Source of the DNA: Candidatus Limnocylindrales bacterium
Lineage (GTDB): Bacteria; Chloroflexota; Limnocylindria; Limnocylindrales; CSP1-4
DNA: 64,000 nucleotides
Assembly (NCBI GenBank): GCA_038322255.1
Contig: JBBQFS010000001.1
Span: forward strand, 11,729 to 75,728
Reading direction: 5' to 3'
Positions 10,253 to 20,076 of the stretch are shown here, piece after piece. The notes beneath the pieces were generated by a model, which had not been told where the DNA came from, did no database searches, and worked only from the letters and a program-made list of their open reading frames with translations. The translations under genes were made by a program, and so were the position numbers. How positions within the stretch are numbered: position 1 is the first letter of the stretch; every line of letters begins with the position of its first letter.

Positions 10253-10260
10253 ACCCGCGA

Positions 10261-11589
10261 ATGCTCGATGCCCTCGTCGCCGAAGCGACCGATCGCTGGG
10301 GCCTCGACGTCTCGGCCGGCATCCAGGTGGTCGCGGCGGAGCGCCTGCCCGCGACGCCGATCGAGGCCTCGCGACCGCTGCTGATCGTGCCCCTGGCAAT
10401 CCTCGCCGGGGTCGGGGAGCTCCCGCCACGGATGACCCCGCCCGCGAGCGCGCTGCCCGGGCGGCACGGGCCCGCCGGACGCGATCCGCTGGCCGTCCTC
10501 GGTCGGCTCTATCCGGCCGATGCCACGGTCGCGCGGCTCGGCGATCCCCCGGTCGGCGCCGGCGGTCTGCCCTCGGCCGGGCTCGAGGCCGGGCTCGAAG
10601 CCGGGACCGTCGCGGGCCTGACGGCCGACGACCTCCTCGGTCCGCTTTACCTCCCGCCGATCGCCCCCGAGCTCGCCGCCGCCGGCCCGTGGGCGATGCC
10701 ATATATCAGCGATCGTCTCCGCCAGCCCGACGGCTGCCCGTGGGACCGGGAGCAGACGCACGCCTCCCTTCGGAAGCACCTGCTCGAGGAGACGTACGAG
10801 GTGTACGACGCGCTCGAGGCTGGCGTCACGCCGGAGCTGGCGGAGGAGCTCGGCGACCTCCTGCTCCAGGTCGTGCTCCATGCCCAGCTGGCGGCCGAGG
10901 CGGGCGCGTTCGACCTGGCCGACGTCCAGGCGTCGATCGCCCGCAAGATCGTTCGCCGCCACCCCCACGTGTTCGGTGACGCCGTCGCGCGGACCGCGGC
11001 GGACGTCAACCGGCAATGGGAGCGGATCAAGGCCGAGGAGCGCGCCGAAGCGGCCGGATTGCCGGACACGGTCGAAGCTACCGACGCCGCCGACGCGCCC
11101 GACAACGAGGGTCGCGGCCGAAGCCACGCCGGGACCGCCGCCGGCTGGACGCCGAAGAGCGCCCTCGACGGCATCAGCAGGTCCATGCCCGCGCTCGCCG
11201 CGAGCCAGGAGATGCAGGAACGGGCGGCGGCCCTCGGCTACGACTGGCCGAACGTCGATGGCGTGCTCGACAAGGTCGCCGAGGAGCTCGGCGAGCTCGC
11301 TCAGGCGGCGTCCGCCGTGGACCGCCAGGAAGAGTTCGGCGACCTCCTGCTGGTCGTGGTGAACGTCGGGCGCAGGCTCGGCATCGAGTCGGAAGCGGCC
11401 CTGCGGGCGGCGAACGCCAAGTTCCGGGAGCGCTTCCGGCGGGTGGAGCGGATGGTCGCCGCACGCGGCGTCGCGATGCGCGACCTCGACTTCGCGACCC
11501 TCGACGAGCTGTGGGATGCTGCCAAGGCTGAGGAGCGGGCCGCAGCCGCGAGCCCGCCGCTGACCGTCGGGAGTGAGGACGTGCGATGA
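10261..11589 (+). CDS. mazG: Nucleoside triphosphate pyrophosphohydrolase MazG with an N-terminal extension domain
   Basis: Two MazG/EE..E. repeats ([30 protein letters not shown] and [25 protein letters not shown]). The extra N-terminal domain of about 150 aa resembles a degenerate YabN-type N-domain. Confidence 0.8.
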   Translation: MLDALVAEATDRWGLDVSAGIQVVAAERLPATPIEASRPLLIVPLAILAGVGELPPRMTPPASALPGRHGPAGRDPLAVLGRLYPADATVARLGDPPVGAGGLPSAGLEAGLEAGTVAGLTADDLLGPLYLPPIAPELAAAGPWAMPYISDRLRQPDGCPWDREQTHASLRKHLLEETYEVYDALEAGVTPELAEELGDLLLQVVLHAQLAAEAGAFDLADVQASIARKIVRRHPHVFGDAVARTAADVNRQWERIKAEERAEAAGLPDTVEATDAADAPDNEGRGRSHAGTAAGWTPKSALDGISRSMPALAASQEMQERAAALGYDWPNVDGVLDKVAEELGELAQAASAVDRQEEFGDLLLVVVNVGRRLGIESEAALRAANAKFRERFRRVERMVAARGVAMRDLDFATLDELWDAAKAEERAAAASPPLTVGSEDVR

Positions 11590-12323
11590 CCATCGGTAAT
11601 CGACCCCCGTCGGTGCGCGCCGACGGCCGGGGTCCGCGCGACCTCCGCCCGGTCATCATGACGCTGGGCGTGCTCAAATGGGCCGAGGGCTCGTGCCGCA
11701 TCCGCGCCGGCGACACGGAGGTCCTGTGCGCCGCGACCATCGGCGACCGGGTGCCGCCACACCTCCGCGGCAAGGGCACGGGCTGGGTCACGGCCGAGTA
11801 CTCGATGCTTCCACGCGCGACGGCGGAGCGGTCCGATCGCGAGTCGGTCAAGGGCCGGATCGGTGGTCGGACGCACGAGATCCAGCGCCTGATCGGGCGG
11901 TCGCTGCGTGGCGTGGTCGACCTCGCGAAACTCGGTGAGCGCACGATCACGGTCGACTGCGACGTCCTCCAGGCCGATGGCGGGACGCGCTGCGCCTCGA
12001 TCACGGGCGGCTACGTCGCACTCGCCGCGGCGCTCATGGGCGCGGGCCTGGAGCGGACGCTGATCGGCAAGGTTGCCGCGATCTCGGTTGGCATCGTCAA
12101 CGGCATCGAGGTGCTCGATCTCGACTATCCCGAGGACTCCCACGCCCAGGTCGACGCGAACGTGGTCGGGACCGACGCCGGGACCTATGTCGAGGTCCAG
12201 GCCACGGCCGAGGGCGTGCCCTTCGACCGGGCACGGATCGACTCCCTGCTGGACCTCGCCAACGAGGGCCTGGCTCGCCTGTTCGAGGCGCAGACGGCGG
12301 CGCTCGCCACGGTCCGCCGCTGA
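11586..12323 (+). CDS. rph: Ribonuclease PH
   Basis: ATGA overlap with the mazG stop. Full-length match to the RNase PH family (LRPV...[17 protein letters not shown]...[18 protein letters not shown]...[17 protein letters not shown]). Confidence 0.9.
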   Translation: MTIGNRPPSVRADGRGPRDLRPVIMTLGVLKWAEGSCRIRAGDTEVLCAATIGDRVPPHLRGKGTGWVTAEYSMLPRATAERSDRESVKGRIGGRTHEIQRLIGRSLRGVVDLAKLGERTITVDCDVLQADGGTRCASITGGYVALAAALMGAGLERTLIGKVAAISVGIVNGIEVLDLDYPEDSHAQVDANVVGTDAGTYVEVQATAEGVPFDRARIDSLLDLANEGLARLFEAQTAALATVRR

Positions 12324-12379
12324 GCGGTCCGCCGCTCAGCCGTCGGCTGCCGAGCGGTCGGGGCCTGGCCGCCCGGTCG

Positions 12380-13003
12380 AAGCCACGCCTGGTCGTCGCG
12401 ACCCACTCGGAGCACAAGCTGGGCGAGCTCTGGGACCTGCTTCGCCTCGATGGCGTCGATCTGGTGTCGGTTGACGAGCTGGGCGTGCCGGGCGAGCCGG
12501 TCGAGGACGGCTTGACGTTCGAGACCAACGCCAGGATCAAGGCCCGGTTCGCCGCCCGGGCGACGGGCTTGCCGGCCCTCGCTGACGACTCCGGCCTGGA
12601 GGTCGATGCGCTCGATGGCGCGCCGGGCGTACGTACCCGGCGCTACGCCGGCGCCGACGCGACGGACGCGCAGAACAACGCGAAGCTGCTGCGCGAGCTG
12701 GCCGACGTGCCCCCGGACCGGCGCGGCGCGCGCTACGTCTGCGTCCTCGCACTCGCGATGCCGGATCCGGCAGCCCCCGGCGGGCTGCGGATCGTGACAC
12801 GCCGAGGCACGAGCCGCGGCCGGATCGCGACGGCGCCGCGTGGGCGGGGAGGCTTCGGCTACGACCCGCTGTTCGAGCCGGCCCGGGAGCGGCCGGGTGG
12901 GCGAACGTTCGGCGAATACGGCCGCGAGGAGAAGGATACGATCTCGCACCGCGGCCGCGCCGCGCGCCGGATGAGCCCGCTGCTTCGACGCCTCGAGCTC
13001 TAG
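12380..13003 (+). CDS. rdgB: Non-canonical purine NTP pyrophosphatase RdgB/HAM1 family (dITP/XTP pyrophosphatase). The 5' end is approximate because no canonical start codon is present.
   Basis: RdgB homology begins at about 12383 (PRLVVATHSEHKLGELWDLL...), upstream of the first GTG at 12464. Motifs FETNARIKARF...ADDSGLEVDALDGAPGVRTRRYAG and GRGGFGYDPLFEP are present. The frame is open upstream, but there is no ATG, GTG or TTG between the rph region and 12464. Confidence 0.7.
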   Translation, partial: KPRLVVATHSEHKLGELWDLLRLDGVDLVSVDELGVPGEPVEDGLTFETNARIKARFAARATGLPALADDSGLEVDALDGAPGVRTRRYAGADATDAQNNAKLLRELADVPPDRRGARYVCVLALAMPDPAAPGGLRIVTRRGTSRGRIATAPRGRGGFGYDPLFEPARERPGGRTFGEYGREEKDTISHRGRAARRMSPLLRRLEL

Positions 13004-13167
13004 CCGGGGGCGCGATGCCGGGCTCGACCCGGGAGGGGTGGAATCAACGACGCCGGACGGTTCCATCAGCCTGCCAGCTACCGTCCGGCGCCGCCCGTGA
13101 GACGCCGACGTCAGGCGGTCGGTTCCCGGATCGGGGAGTGGCACCCCCTATGATTGGCGGCGCCCGT

Positions 13168-13244
13168 CGGGGCGTAGCGCAGCCTGGTAGCGCACATGCT
13201 TTGGGAGCATGAGGCCGTGGGTTCGAATCCCACCGCCCCGACCA
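13168..13244 (+). tRNA. tRNA-Pro (anticodon TGG)
   Basis: Manual fold. A 7-bp acceptor stem (CGGGGCG/CGCCCCG), a D-arm GCGC-AGCCTGGTA-GCGC, an anticodon stem CATGC/GCATG with loop TTTGGGA (anticodon TGG), a T-arm GTGGG-TTCGAAT-CCCAC, discriminator A, and encoded CCA. Confidence 0.85.
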
Positions 13245-13253
13245 CCACCTCGG

Positions 13254-13592
13254 TCAGCCGCCCTGGCCCTGACCGTTGGTCGCGTGGGGCGCACCCATGA
13301 CGCCGCCCACCCGGCCCTCGCGGATGTTGTCGTTGCCGACCGGCTCGCGCGCGATTCCCGGGCCATCGAGCAGGTTCTCGCGGGAGCTGGCCCGCATCGG
13401 CGGCTGCCCGCCTGAGTCGGGATCCTCCTGGCCGGCGCCCGGCGCACGCATCGGCTCCTCGCCGGGCTGCGCCGGTGGCCCGTCGTTGGGCTGCGCCGGT
13501 GGCCCGTCGCCGGGCTGATCGGGCGCCCCAGGCCCGTCCGGGGGCTCGCGATCGGGATCCCAGGGATCCGACGGGCCGCGTTCGATGGTCAT
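13254..13592 (-). CDS. Hypothetical proline/glycine-rich small protein with an internal tandem repeat
   Basis: AGGAGG RBS 6 nt upstream of the ATG at 13592 (MTIERGPSDPWDPDREPPDGPGAP...). Low-complexity PGDGPPAQPNDGPPAQPGEEP is encoded by a 24-bp tandem DNA repeat. No family recognised. Confidence 0.4.
   Translation of the reverse strand: MTIERGPSDPWDPDREPPDGPGAPDQPGDGPPAQPNDGPPAQPGEEPMRAPGAGQEDPDSGGQPPMRASSRENLLDGPGIAREPVGNDNIREGRVGGVMGAPHATNGQGQGG
13465..13518. repeat. Tandem direct repeat, about 24 bp x 2.3 (GGGCTGCGCCGGTGGCCCGTCGYY), inside the Pro-rich ORF
   Basis: Seen directly in the sequence. It encodes the repeated PPAQP(N/G)DG motif on the minus strand. Confidence 0.6.
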
Positions 13593-13862
13593 GGGAAGCC
13601 TCCTGTCGGCGTACGTCCTGGAAGCGTGCGTGGGCTGAGGCACGCGGAGCGGAACGCCGCGCGCGTTGGCCTATCGACTGCGTTCCAGCGCGGCGTGCGT
13701 GATGATTGCGCGCGCCGGCTGGCGCACCGCGGAAGGCGACGCACTTGTCTCAAGTCACCGTGTGGCATGGGACGGCTGGCGCAAGGTCGATTGGGCGAGG
13801 ATGCGTCGAACGCACGGGCTGACCGCGGCCGCGCCATGGATCATCTCGGCGGAGGGAGGGTC

Positions 13863-14318
13863 ATGACGGAATTCACCGACGACAACGCGCAGCTGGACCA
13901 CGCCGCCGACCTTCGGCGCGCGTCGGACCTGTTCGTGCAGCGGCTCGACCGACTGCAGGAGCTCGAGACGCGCAAGCGCGAGCTGCCGCCCGACCAGCCC
14001 GAGTTCATCCGGCTCGCCCGCGAGGTCGAGGACATGGCCCGGGCGCTGCTCTTCGCCGGCGGTCAGCAGGTGGAGCTCGCGGAGGAGGTCCATCGCGAGG
14101 CGAAGACCAACGACGTCGCCATCGACCAGTCGATCCGTGACACGCCGCCGCGCCGGGACGCCGTGGCGATCCTCGCCGACTGGCGGGCGGCCGAGCGCAG
14201 GCTCGCGGCCGCGGAGCTGGGCTCCGACGACGAGACGGCTGCCCGGGGGAACGTCGAGCGCCTCCGGAACGAATACCGGCTGATCACCGCCCCGAACCCG
14301 AACGACCGCAACGCCTGA
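13863..14318 (+). CDS. Hypothetical protein (helical, charged; 151 aa)
   Basis: GGAGGG RBS at 13852-13857, then ATG at 13863 (MTEFTDDNAQLDHAADLRRASDLFVQRLDRLQELETRKRELPPDQPEF...). The longer track ORF from 13626 lacks an RBS. No family recognised. Confidence 0.45.
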   Translation: MTEFTDDNAQLDHAADLRRASDLFVQRLDRLQELETRKRELPPDQPEFIRLAREVEDMARALLFAGGQQVELAEEVHREAKTNDVAIDQSIRDTPPRRDAVAILADWRAAERRLAAAELGSDDETAARGNVERLRNEYRLITAPNPNDRNA

Positions 14319-14351
14319 CGCGCCCGTTGCGCGCTCGATAGGCTTCGGCGC

Positions 14352-15278
14352 GTGACGCCCGCCCGCCGACCCATTCGTGTTGGCATCCAGCTGCCAGAGG
14401 TCGAGCGCGTCGTTCGCTGGCCGGAGTACGTGGCGCTCGCGAAGGCCGCCGAGGACGTCGGGTTCGACACGCTGTGGCTCGGCGACCACCTCCTGTACCG
14501 CTATGGGGACGGCTCCACCCGCGGGCCGTGGGAGGTCTGGACGATCCTCTCGGCGCTCGCCGCGAGCACCTCGCGGATCCGGCTCGGGCCGCTCGTCGCG
14601 TCGACCGCGTTCCACGCGCCGGCGATGCTCGCCAAGCTTGCCGCGACGGTCGACGAGGTGAGCGGCGGGCGGCTGATCCTCGGCCTCGGCGCCGGCTGGA
14701 ACGAGACCGAGTTCCGGGCGTTCGGCTTCCCATTCGACCACCGGATCTCGCGCTTCGAGGAGGCGTTCACGATCATCCGCACGCTCCTGCGCGAGGGCGC
14801 GATCGACTTCGACGGCCGCTTCTTCCAGGCCCGCGACGCCGTCCTGCTCCCGGCGTCGACGCGCCCGGGCGGGCCGCCGCTGATGGTCGGCAGCATCGGT
14901 CCGCGGATGCTCGAGATCACGCTCCCGCACGTCAATGCCTGGAACGTCTGGTACGCCGAGACGGGTAACTCGCCTGCGGGCCTCGAGCCGCACCTCCGGC
15001 GCGTCGACGAGATCAGCCGGAAGGTCGGGCGCGACCCCGCCGAGATCGAGCGCACCGCGGCGGTCCTGGTGCGCCTCCCCGAGGGGAAGGGCCGGGTGAT
15101 GGGCGACACGACGCAGGCCGGCGTGCCGCCGTTCCAAGGCTCGCCGATGGAGCTCGCGAGCCTGCTCCGCGAATACGCAGCCCTCGGCGTCGCCGAGGTC
15201 CAGCTGGTCGTCGACCCGATCACGATCGAGTCCGTCCAGGCCCTCGCTCCCGCGCTCTTGGAGCTCGATCGAGGCTAG
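14352..15278 (+). CDS. LLM-class (luciferase-like) F420-dependent oxidoreductase
   Basis: GTG start. Matches the luciferase-like monooxygenase family (DTLWLGDHLLYRYGDG...GPLVASTAFHAPAMLAKLAATVDEVSGGRLILGLGAGWNETEF). Confidence 0.8.
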   Translation: MTPARRPIRVGIQLPEVERVVRWPEYVALAKAAEDVGFDTLWLGDHLLYRYGDGSTRGPWEVWTILSALAASTSRIRLGPLVASTAFHAPAMLAKLAATVDEVSGGRLILGLGAGWNETEFRAFGFPFDHRISRFEEAFTIIRTLLREGAIDFDGRFFQARDAVLLPASTRPGGPPLMVGSIGPRMLEITLPHVNAWNVWYAETGNSPAGLEPHLRRVDEISRKVGRDPAEIERTAAVLVRLPEGKGRVMGDTTQAGVPPFQGSPMELASLLREYAALGVAEVQLVVDPITIESVQALAPALLELDRG

Positions 15279-15404
15279 GGAGCGCGTCGCCCGGGACCGC
15301 GCCAAACCGCACGGCGAAAGGATCTCCGCCGGCCTCGTATTGGGGGCTCGCCGAGAGGCCCGGCAACAGGTCCGCTGCTACCATCGAGGGGAAGGGGGTC
15401 GCTA

Positions 15405-15899
15405 TTGCGAGATTCGCATCCGGCTGAGGAGAATCGCCGGAATCGCCGCCCGGATGAGCTCTCGCCCCTCGACAAGCGCATCATCGAGCACCTCCAGCAG
15501 GACGGCCGGCGGCCGTTCACGCAGATCGCCGCGGCGCTGGGTGTCTCCGAAGCAGCGGTGCGCGCCCGCACCAATCGGCTCGTCGAGCGTGGCATCCTGC
15601 AGATCGTCGGCGTGGCCGACCCGGACAAGCTCGGTTTCCAGCAGGCGCTGATCGGCGTTCGCTGCCAGCCGGGCAAGCTCCTCGAGGTTGCGGAGGCCCT
15701 CGCGAGCATGCCCGAGGTCGACTACGTCGTGGTAACGACAGGCCGTTTCGACGTCCTGATCGAAACCGTGGCCGAGGACAACGAAGGGCTCCTGCACTTC
15801 CTCGCCGACCGCCTCCAGCGGATCGACGGCGTGCGCGACACCGAGACGTTCTCGTACCTGCGACTCGTGAAGCAGACCTACCAGTTCGGAACGCGGTGA
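15405..15899 (+). CDS. Lrp/AsnC family transcriptional regulator
   Basis: TTG start preceded by a GAAGGGGG RBS. N-terminal HTH region (LDKRIIEHLQQDGRRPFTQIAAALGVSEAAVRARTNRLVERGIL). C-terminal RAM/AsnC_trans domain. Confidence 0.8.
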   Translation: MRDSHPAEENRRNRRPDELSPLDKRIIEHLQQDGRRPFTQIAAALGVSEAAVRARTNRLVERGILQIVGVADPDKLGFQQALIGVRCQPGKLLEVAEALASMPEVDYVVVTTGRFDVLIETVAEDNEGLLHFLADRLQRIDGVRDTETFSYLRLVKQTYQFGTR

Positions 15900-17233
15900 T
15901 GCCGGCACTCTCAAACCTGATCCTCGCTTCGATCGGCATCCTGGTCTTCTTCGCGTTCGCAATCTTCCTGGGCCCCACTGTCTGGGCCGGCCGACGGGTC
16001 TTCGGACGGGGCTCTGAACACGGTGAGACAAGGTTGGGTGGCATGCCGGGCACCGAAGACGGACCGCGCGACGACGCCTCCGCCGCGGCGATGAGCCGGG
16101 CGCTCGTTCCGGTCGCCGACGTCGACCCGGATCCGCCCGCGGGGAAGCTCGGCGCTGTGACCAGCGACCCCAGCCTCGAGGACCGGGTCATCCGGATCGT
16201 GAGCTGGGCGTTCCTGATGGCCGTCGCCGTCTTTGCCGCGGCGAGCGGAGCCTGGACCGCCGAGCTGCCCACGATCGTCGTCGCGATCGCGATCACCGGC
16301 CTCCTGATGCTCATCCTCCAGGACGTCCTGCCCCGGACGGCGTTGCGCCGCGCGGGCGGTCCTCTACAGGGCCTGCTGGCGCTGGTCTTCACCACCGGCC
16401 TCGTCGCGCTGACCGGCGGCCTCCAGAGCCCGTTCACCTTCGGGTTCCCGCTCATCGTGGGCGCCGGGGCCCTCCTCGTAGCGCCGCGAATCGCGCTTGC
16501 GCTCGCCGTCCTTACGACGGCCTGCTACCTCGCGGCCGGCCTCGTCGCCGACCCGACGCCCGAGATCGGGCCGCTCGTCCAGATGGCCGTCACCCTGACC
16601 GGCGTCTTCCTGCTCGCCTACATCGGCGCATCGGTGGGCCGGGAGCAGCGCCGGGCGCGCGACGCCGCCATCCGCCTGTCGACCCTCGACTCCCTGACGG
16701 GGCTCTTCAACCGGACGTACTTCTTCACCGCCCTCGAGCGGGAGATCGCGCGGGGCGACCGCTCCGGCCGGGCGTTCTGCCTGGTCATGCTCGACCTCGA
16801 CGACCTGAAGGCGGTCAACGACCGGTTCGGGCACGTGGCAGGCGACCAGGTGCTGCGGGCCGTGGCGGACATCGTACGAATCGGCGTCCGCAAGATCGAC
16901 GTCGCGGCGCGCTACGGCGGCGACGAGTTCGTCGCGCTGCTGCCCGAGACCGACCCGACGGGCGGCTGGGTCCTGGCCGAGAAGATCCGCCTGACCGTCG
17001 CGGAGCAGGGCCTGCCGGGCGTCGACCCCGGCCCCACGATCTCGGTCGGGGTCGTGTCGTACCCGGCCGACGGACGGTCGGCCGACGCGCTCCTCGTGAG
17101 CGCCGACCGGGCGATGTACGCCTCGAAGCGCGGCGGCAAGAACCGGGTAGCACGGGCCACCACCGAGCCGATGGTCCTGTCCATCGAGCCGATCGAGGCA
17201 GCGCGGCCACGCGAGGGCGAGCGCGCCGGCTAG
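15896..17233 (+). CDS. Membrane-bound GGDEF-domain diguanylate cyclase
   Basis: ATGA overlap with the Lrp stop. An N-terminal region with about 6 TM helices. A C-terminal GGDEF domain (LDSLTGLFNRTYF...RYGGDEFVALLPETD...ADRAMYASKRGGKNRV). Confidence 0.8.
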   Translation: MMPALSNLILASIGILVFFAFAIFLGPTVWAGRRVFGRGSEHGETRLGGMPGTEDGPRDDASAAAMSRALVPVADVDPDPPAGKLGAVTSDPSLEDRVIRIVSWAFLMAVAVFAAASGAWTAELPTIVVAIAITGLLMLILQDVLPRTALRRAGGPLQGLLALVFTTGLVALTGGLQSPFTFGFPLIVGAGALLVAPRIALALAVLTTACYLAAGLVADPTPEIGPLVQMAVTLTGVFLLAYIGASVGREQRRARDAAIRLSTLDSLTGLFNRTYFFTALEREIARGDRSGRAFCLVMLDLDDLKAVNDRFGHVAGDQVLRAVADIVRIGVRKIDVAARYGGDEFVALLPETDPTGGWVLAEKIRLTVAEQGLPGVDPGPTISVGVVSYPADGRSADALLVSADRAMYASKRGGKNRVARATTEPMVLSIEPIEAARPREGERAG

Positions 17234-17289
17234 CGCTCGTCATGGCGCTTCCGGGCGCCACCCGGCGCGCGGTGTAGCATCGCCGGGCG

Positions 17290-18540
17290 ATGACCGACGG
17301 CGACCGACCGCGACCTTTCGAGGCCCGGCCCAAGGGCTTCTCGACCCGCGCGATCCGGGCCGCGTCCCGAACCCCCCCCGTCGCCCAGCGCTCCACTTCG
17401 GTGCCGATCTACCAGACGGCGACATTCACCTCAGAGGATGCCGAGGGGCTCGGCGACGTCGTCGGCGATCCGTGGGCGGGGTACTCATACAGCCGCCTCT
17501 CGAATCCCACGACCCAGGCGCTCGGCGATGCCTACGCGGAGCTCGCCGGCGGAGAAACCGGGTACGCCTTCGCCTCTGGGATGGCGGCGATCCACGCGAC
17601 CCTCGCCGCGCTGCTGAAGGCGGGTGACCGGGTCGTCGCGCCGACGGCCCTGTACGGCTCGACGCGCACCCAGCTGACCGGCTATTTCGGCCGCTTTGGC
17701 ATCAGGGTCGAGCTCGTCGACGTGAACGACCTCGATGCGGTCCGGCGCGCTGTCGCAGCCGCGCCGACGCGCATCCTGTACGCTGAGACATCGGCCAACC
17801 CGACGACGTTCCTCGCCGACCACCAGGCCCTCTCGGGGATCGCGCGCGAGCACGGCGCGGCCTACGTTGCCGACAACACCTTCGCCTCGACCTACGTCTG
17901 CCGGCCGCTCGAGCTCGGTGCCGACCTGGTGATCGAATCGGCGACGAAGTACCTCGGCGGCCATAGCGATCTCATCGCTGGCCTCGTCGCCGGCCCGCGC
18001 GAGCTCGTTGCGAAGGTCGCCCGAACCCAGGTGGAGACCGGCGCGACCCTCGGGCCGTTCGAGGCCTTCCTCGTGCTGCGCGGCCTGCTGACCCTCGCTG
18101 TCCGGATGGACCGCCACGCCGCCAACGCGCTGGCCCTCGGGACCTGGCTGGAGGGCCAGGACGGCGTGCGACGGGTCTTCTATCCGGGTCTCGCGAGCCA
18201 CCCCCAGCGAGCGGTCGCGGAACGCCAGTTCCGCCGAGGCAACGGCGGCGGGGTGCTGGCCTTCGAGGTCGTCGGCGGCCGGGTCGGCGGGCAGGCGGTC
18301 ATCGATACCCTGCGCCTGACCGAGCTCACGGCCTCGCTCGGGAGCGTCCACACGATGGTTGTCCATCCGCCCTCGACCTCGCAGCGCCAGCTGTCCGAGG
18401 CTGAGCTCATCGAGAGCGGCGTCACCCCGGGCCTGCTCAGGGTGAGCGTCGGGCTCGAGGACGTTCCGGATCTCCGCGACGATTTCGAGCGGGCACTCGC
18501 CGCGGCGCGAGCGGCCGTCGCCGTCCCGGCCGGGGTCTGA
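17290..18540 (+). CDS. PLP-dependent trans-sulfuration enzyme (cystathionine gamma-synthase/beta-lyase or O-succinylhomoserine sulfhydrylase family)
   Basis: Cys/Met-metabolism PLP family motifs (YSRLSNPT, TGYAFASGMAAI, SATKYLGGHSDLIAG with the lysine in TKY). Confidence 0.8.
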   Translation: MTDGDRPRPFEARPKGFSTRAIRAASRTPPVAQRSTSVPIYQTATFTSEDAEGLGDVVGDPWAGYSYSRLSNPTTQALGDAYAELAGGETGYAFASGMAAIHATLAALLKAGDRVVAPTALYGSTRTQLTGYFGRFGIRVELVDVNDLDAVRRAVAAAPTRILYAETSANPTTFLADHQALSGIAREHGAAYVADNTFASTYVCRPLELGADLVIESATKYLGGHSDLIAGLVAGPRELVAKVARTQVETGATLGPFEAFLVLRGLLTLAVRMDRHAANALALGTWLEGQDGVRRVFYPGLASHPQRAVAERQFRRGNGGGVLAFEVVGGRVGGQAVIDTLRLTELTASLGSVHTMVVHPPSTSQRQLSEAELIESGVTPGLLRVSVGLEDVPDLRDDFERALAAARAAVAVPAGV

Positions 18541-18642
18541 TCAGGCCCACGCTTGGCGAGCCTGACGATCGAGCGGCCCGCGGGCCACGCAGCGGGCCGG
18601 CCCGAAGGCCGCGCCGCCCCGAGCCTCGCAGCGCGCGCCGGC

Positions 18643-20076
18643 ATGCGTCTGTGGCGGCTGTTCACGTCGGTCAACTTCGCGGTCGTCCAGATCGTGGCCG
18701 TGGCCGTGCTCGCGGTGTTCGGGATGACAATCCGGCAGCTGCCGGGCTTCGCGTTCCGCTCGGCCGGCGACTACGCGACGCAGATGGACAAGCTGCGCTC
18801 GATCTACGAGCCGGCCCTCGGTGTCGGCCTGGTCGACGTCATGGAGCGCCTCCAGCTCTTCCGCGTCTTCAGCTCGACGCCCTTCAGCGTCGCGCTACTC
18901 GTCCTCGCGGTCTCGATCCTGATCTGCACGATCGACCGGCTGCCGCGGCTGTGGCAGCAGTCGGCCACGATCCGGGTCGTCCAGCCAGACGCGTACTTCG
19001 ACCCGCAGCTGCCCGATCGCGTCTCGATTGCAGCCGGGCCGGGGCTCACGGCGGCCGCAGTTGGCCGCGCCCTCCGCGACCACCACTTCTCGGTCCGGGA
19101 AGCGGCCGGCCCTGACGGCTCGAGCTTCGTCTACGGTGACCGCAATCGCTGGGTGAAGCTCGCGACGCTCGTCTCGCACCTCGGCCTGATCCTGTTCCTG
19201 GTGGCCGGGCTCGTGACGGCCCGCCTCGGCGACGAGCAGGGGCTCGTGGTCGCGGAGGGGGACACGCTGACGGTGCAGCCGATCGGGACGCCGGGCCTGC
19301 TCCTGGTCAAGAACCTTGGCTTCGATGCGCCGGGCCTCGAGACCGGCGTGCCCAGCGACTTCACGACCGACCTCGCGGTCTATCGCGACGGCGAGCTCCT
19401 GGCGCGCAAGACGATCCGCGTCAATGACCCGCTGACGGCGGGCGGCTACACGTTCCACCAGAACGGCTTCGGCCCGGCGCCCGACATCGAGATCAAATCC
19501 ACCATCGACGGCTCGGTCCTGTGGTCCGGCCCCGTCCCGCTGACTGACGCCGCGGGCGGCCGGCCGTTTGGAGCCATCCCGATCCCGGGGCGGCCCTATG
19601 GCCTCGAGTTGCTGCTCGATCGAACGGACACGGGCGTCGGGACGCTGATCACCCTGCCGTACGCCGTTCGCGGCACGAATCCTGACGGCACGCCGGACAT
19701 CGTGCAGGGCTTCCCGGTGCTCGTGGTGCGCGGCGACACGGTGACCATGGAAGGCCTCGACATGAGCGTCCACCTGCGGGGCTTCAGCGACTACACGCTG
19801 CTGATCGCGAAGCGCGACCCCGGCCAGCCGATCATCTGGGGCGCGTTCATCACCCTCCTCGCCGGCCTCGCGGTGACGTTCTACCTGCCCCGGCGACGCG
19901 TCTGGGCGAAGCTCCGTGGGGATGGCCGGCTTGATCTCGTGGGCCGATCGGATCGCCAGGTCGACTTCGACCGGGAGTTCGGCAGCCTGGTCGATGCCCT
20001 GGTCGTCGCGCGGGGGCCATCGGGCAGCCCGGCCTCGCCGTTGAGTTCGACCTCGGCAACGGGGCCGACAGGGTGA
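18643..20076 (+). CDS. resB: Cytochrome c biogenesis protein ResB/Ccs1 (system II)
   Basis: Internal ATG at 18643 (MRLWRLFTSVNFAVVQIVAVAVLAVFGMTI...). The N-terminal TM helix, large periplasmic domain and C-terminal TM are typical of ResB. No resC/ccsA is adjacent. Confidence 0.7.
   Translation: MRLWRLFTSVNFAVVQIVAVAVLAVFGMTIRQLPGFAFRSAGDYATQMDKLRSIYEPALGVGLVDVMERLQLFRVFSSTPFSVALLVLAVSILICTIDRLPRLWQQSATIRVVQPDAYFDPQLPDRVSIAAGPGLTAAAVGRALRDHHFSVREAAGPDGSSFVYGDRNRWVKLATLVSHLGLILFLVAGLVTARLGDEQGLVVAEGDTLTVQPIGTPGLLLVKNLGFDAPGLETGVPSDFTTDLAVYRDGELLARKTIRVNDPLTAGGYTFHQNGFGPAPDIEIKSTIDGSVLWSGPVPLTDAAGGRPFGAIPIPGRPYGLELLLDRTDTGVGTLITLPYAVRGTNPDGTPDIVQGFPVLVVRGDTVTMEGLDMSVHLRGFSDYTLLIAKRDPGQPIIWGAFITLLAGLAVTFYLPRRRVWAKLRGDGRLDLVGRSDRQVDFDREFGSLVDALVVARGPSGSPASPLSSTSATGPTG

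Noticed and set aside
13755-15305. 516-aa minus-strand ORF antisense to the F420-dependent LLM oxidoreductase and the hypothetical gene
   Set aside because: No homology-like motifs and Arg/Ala/Pro-rich composition typical of GC-rich antisense frames. The plus-strand gene has clear family signatures.
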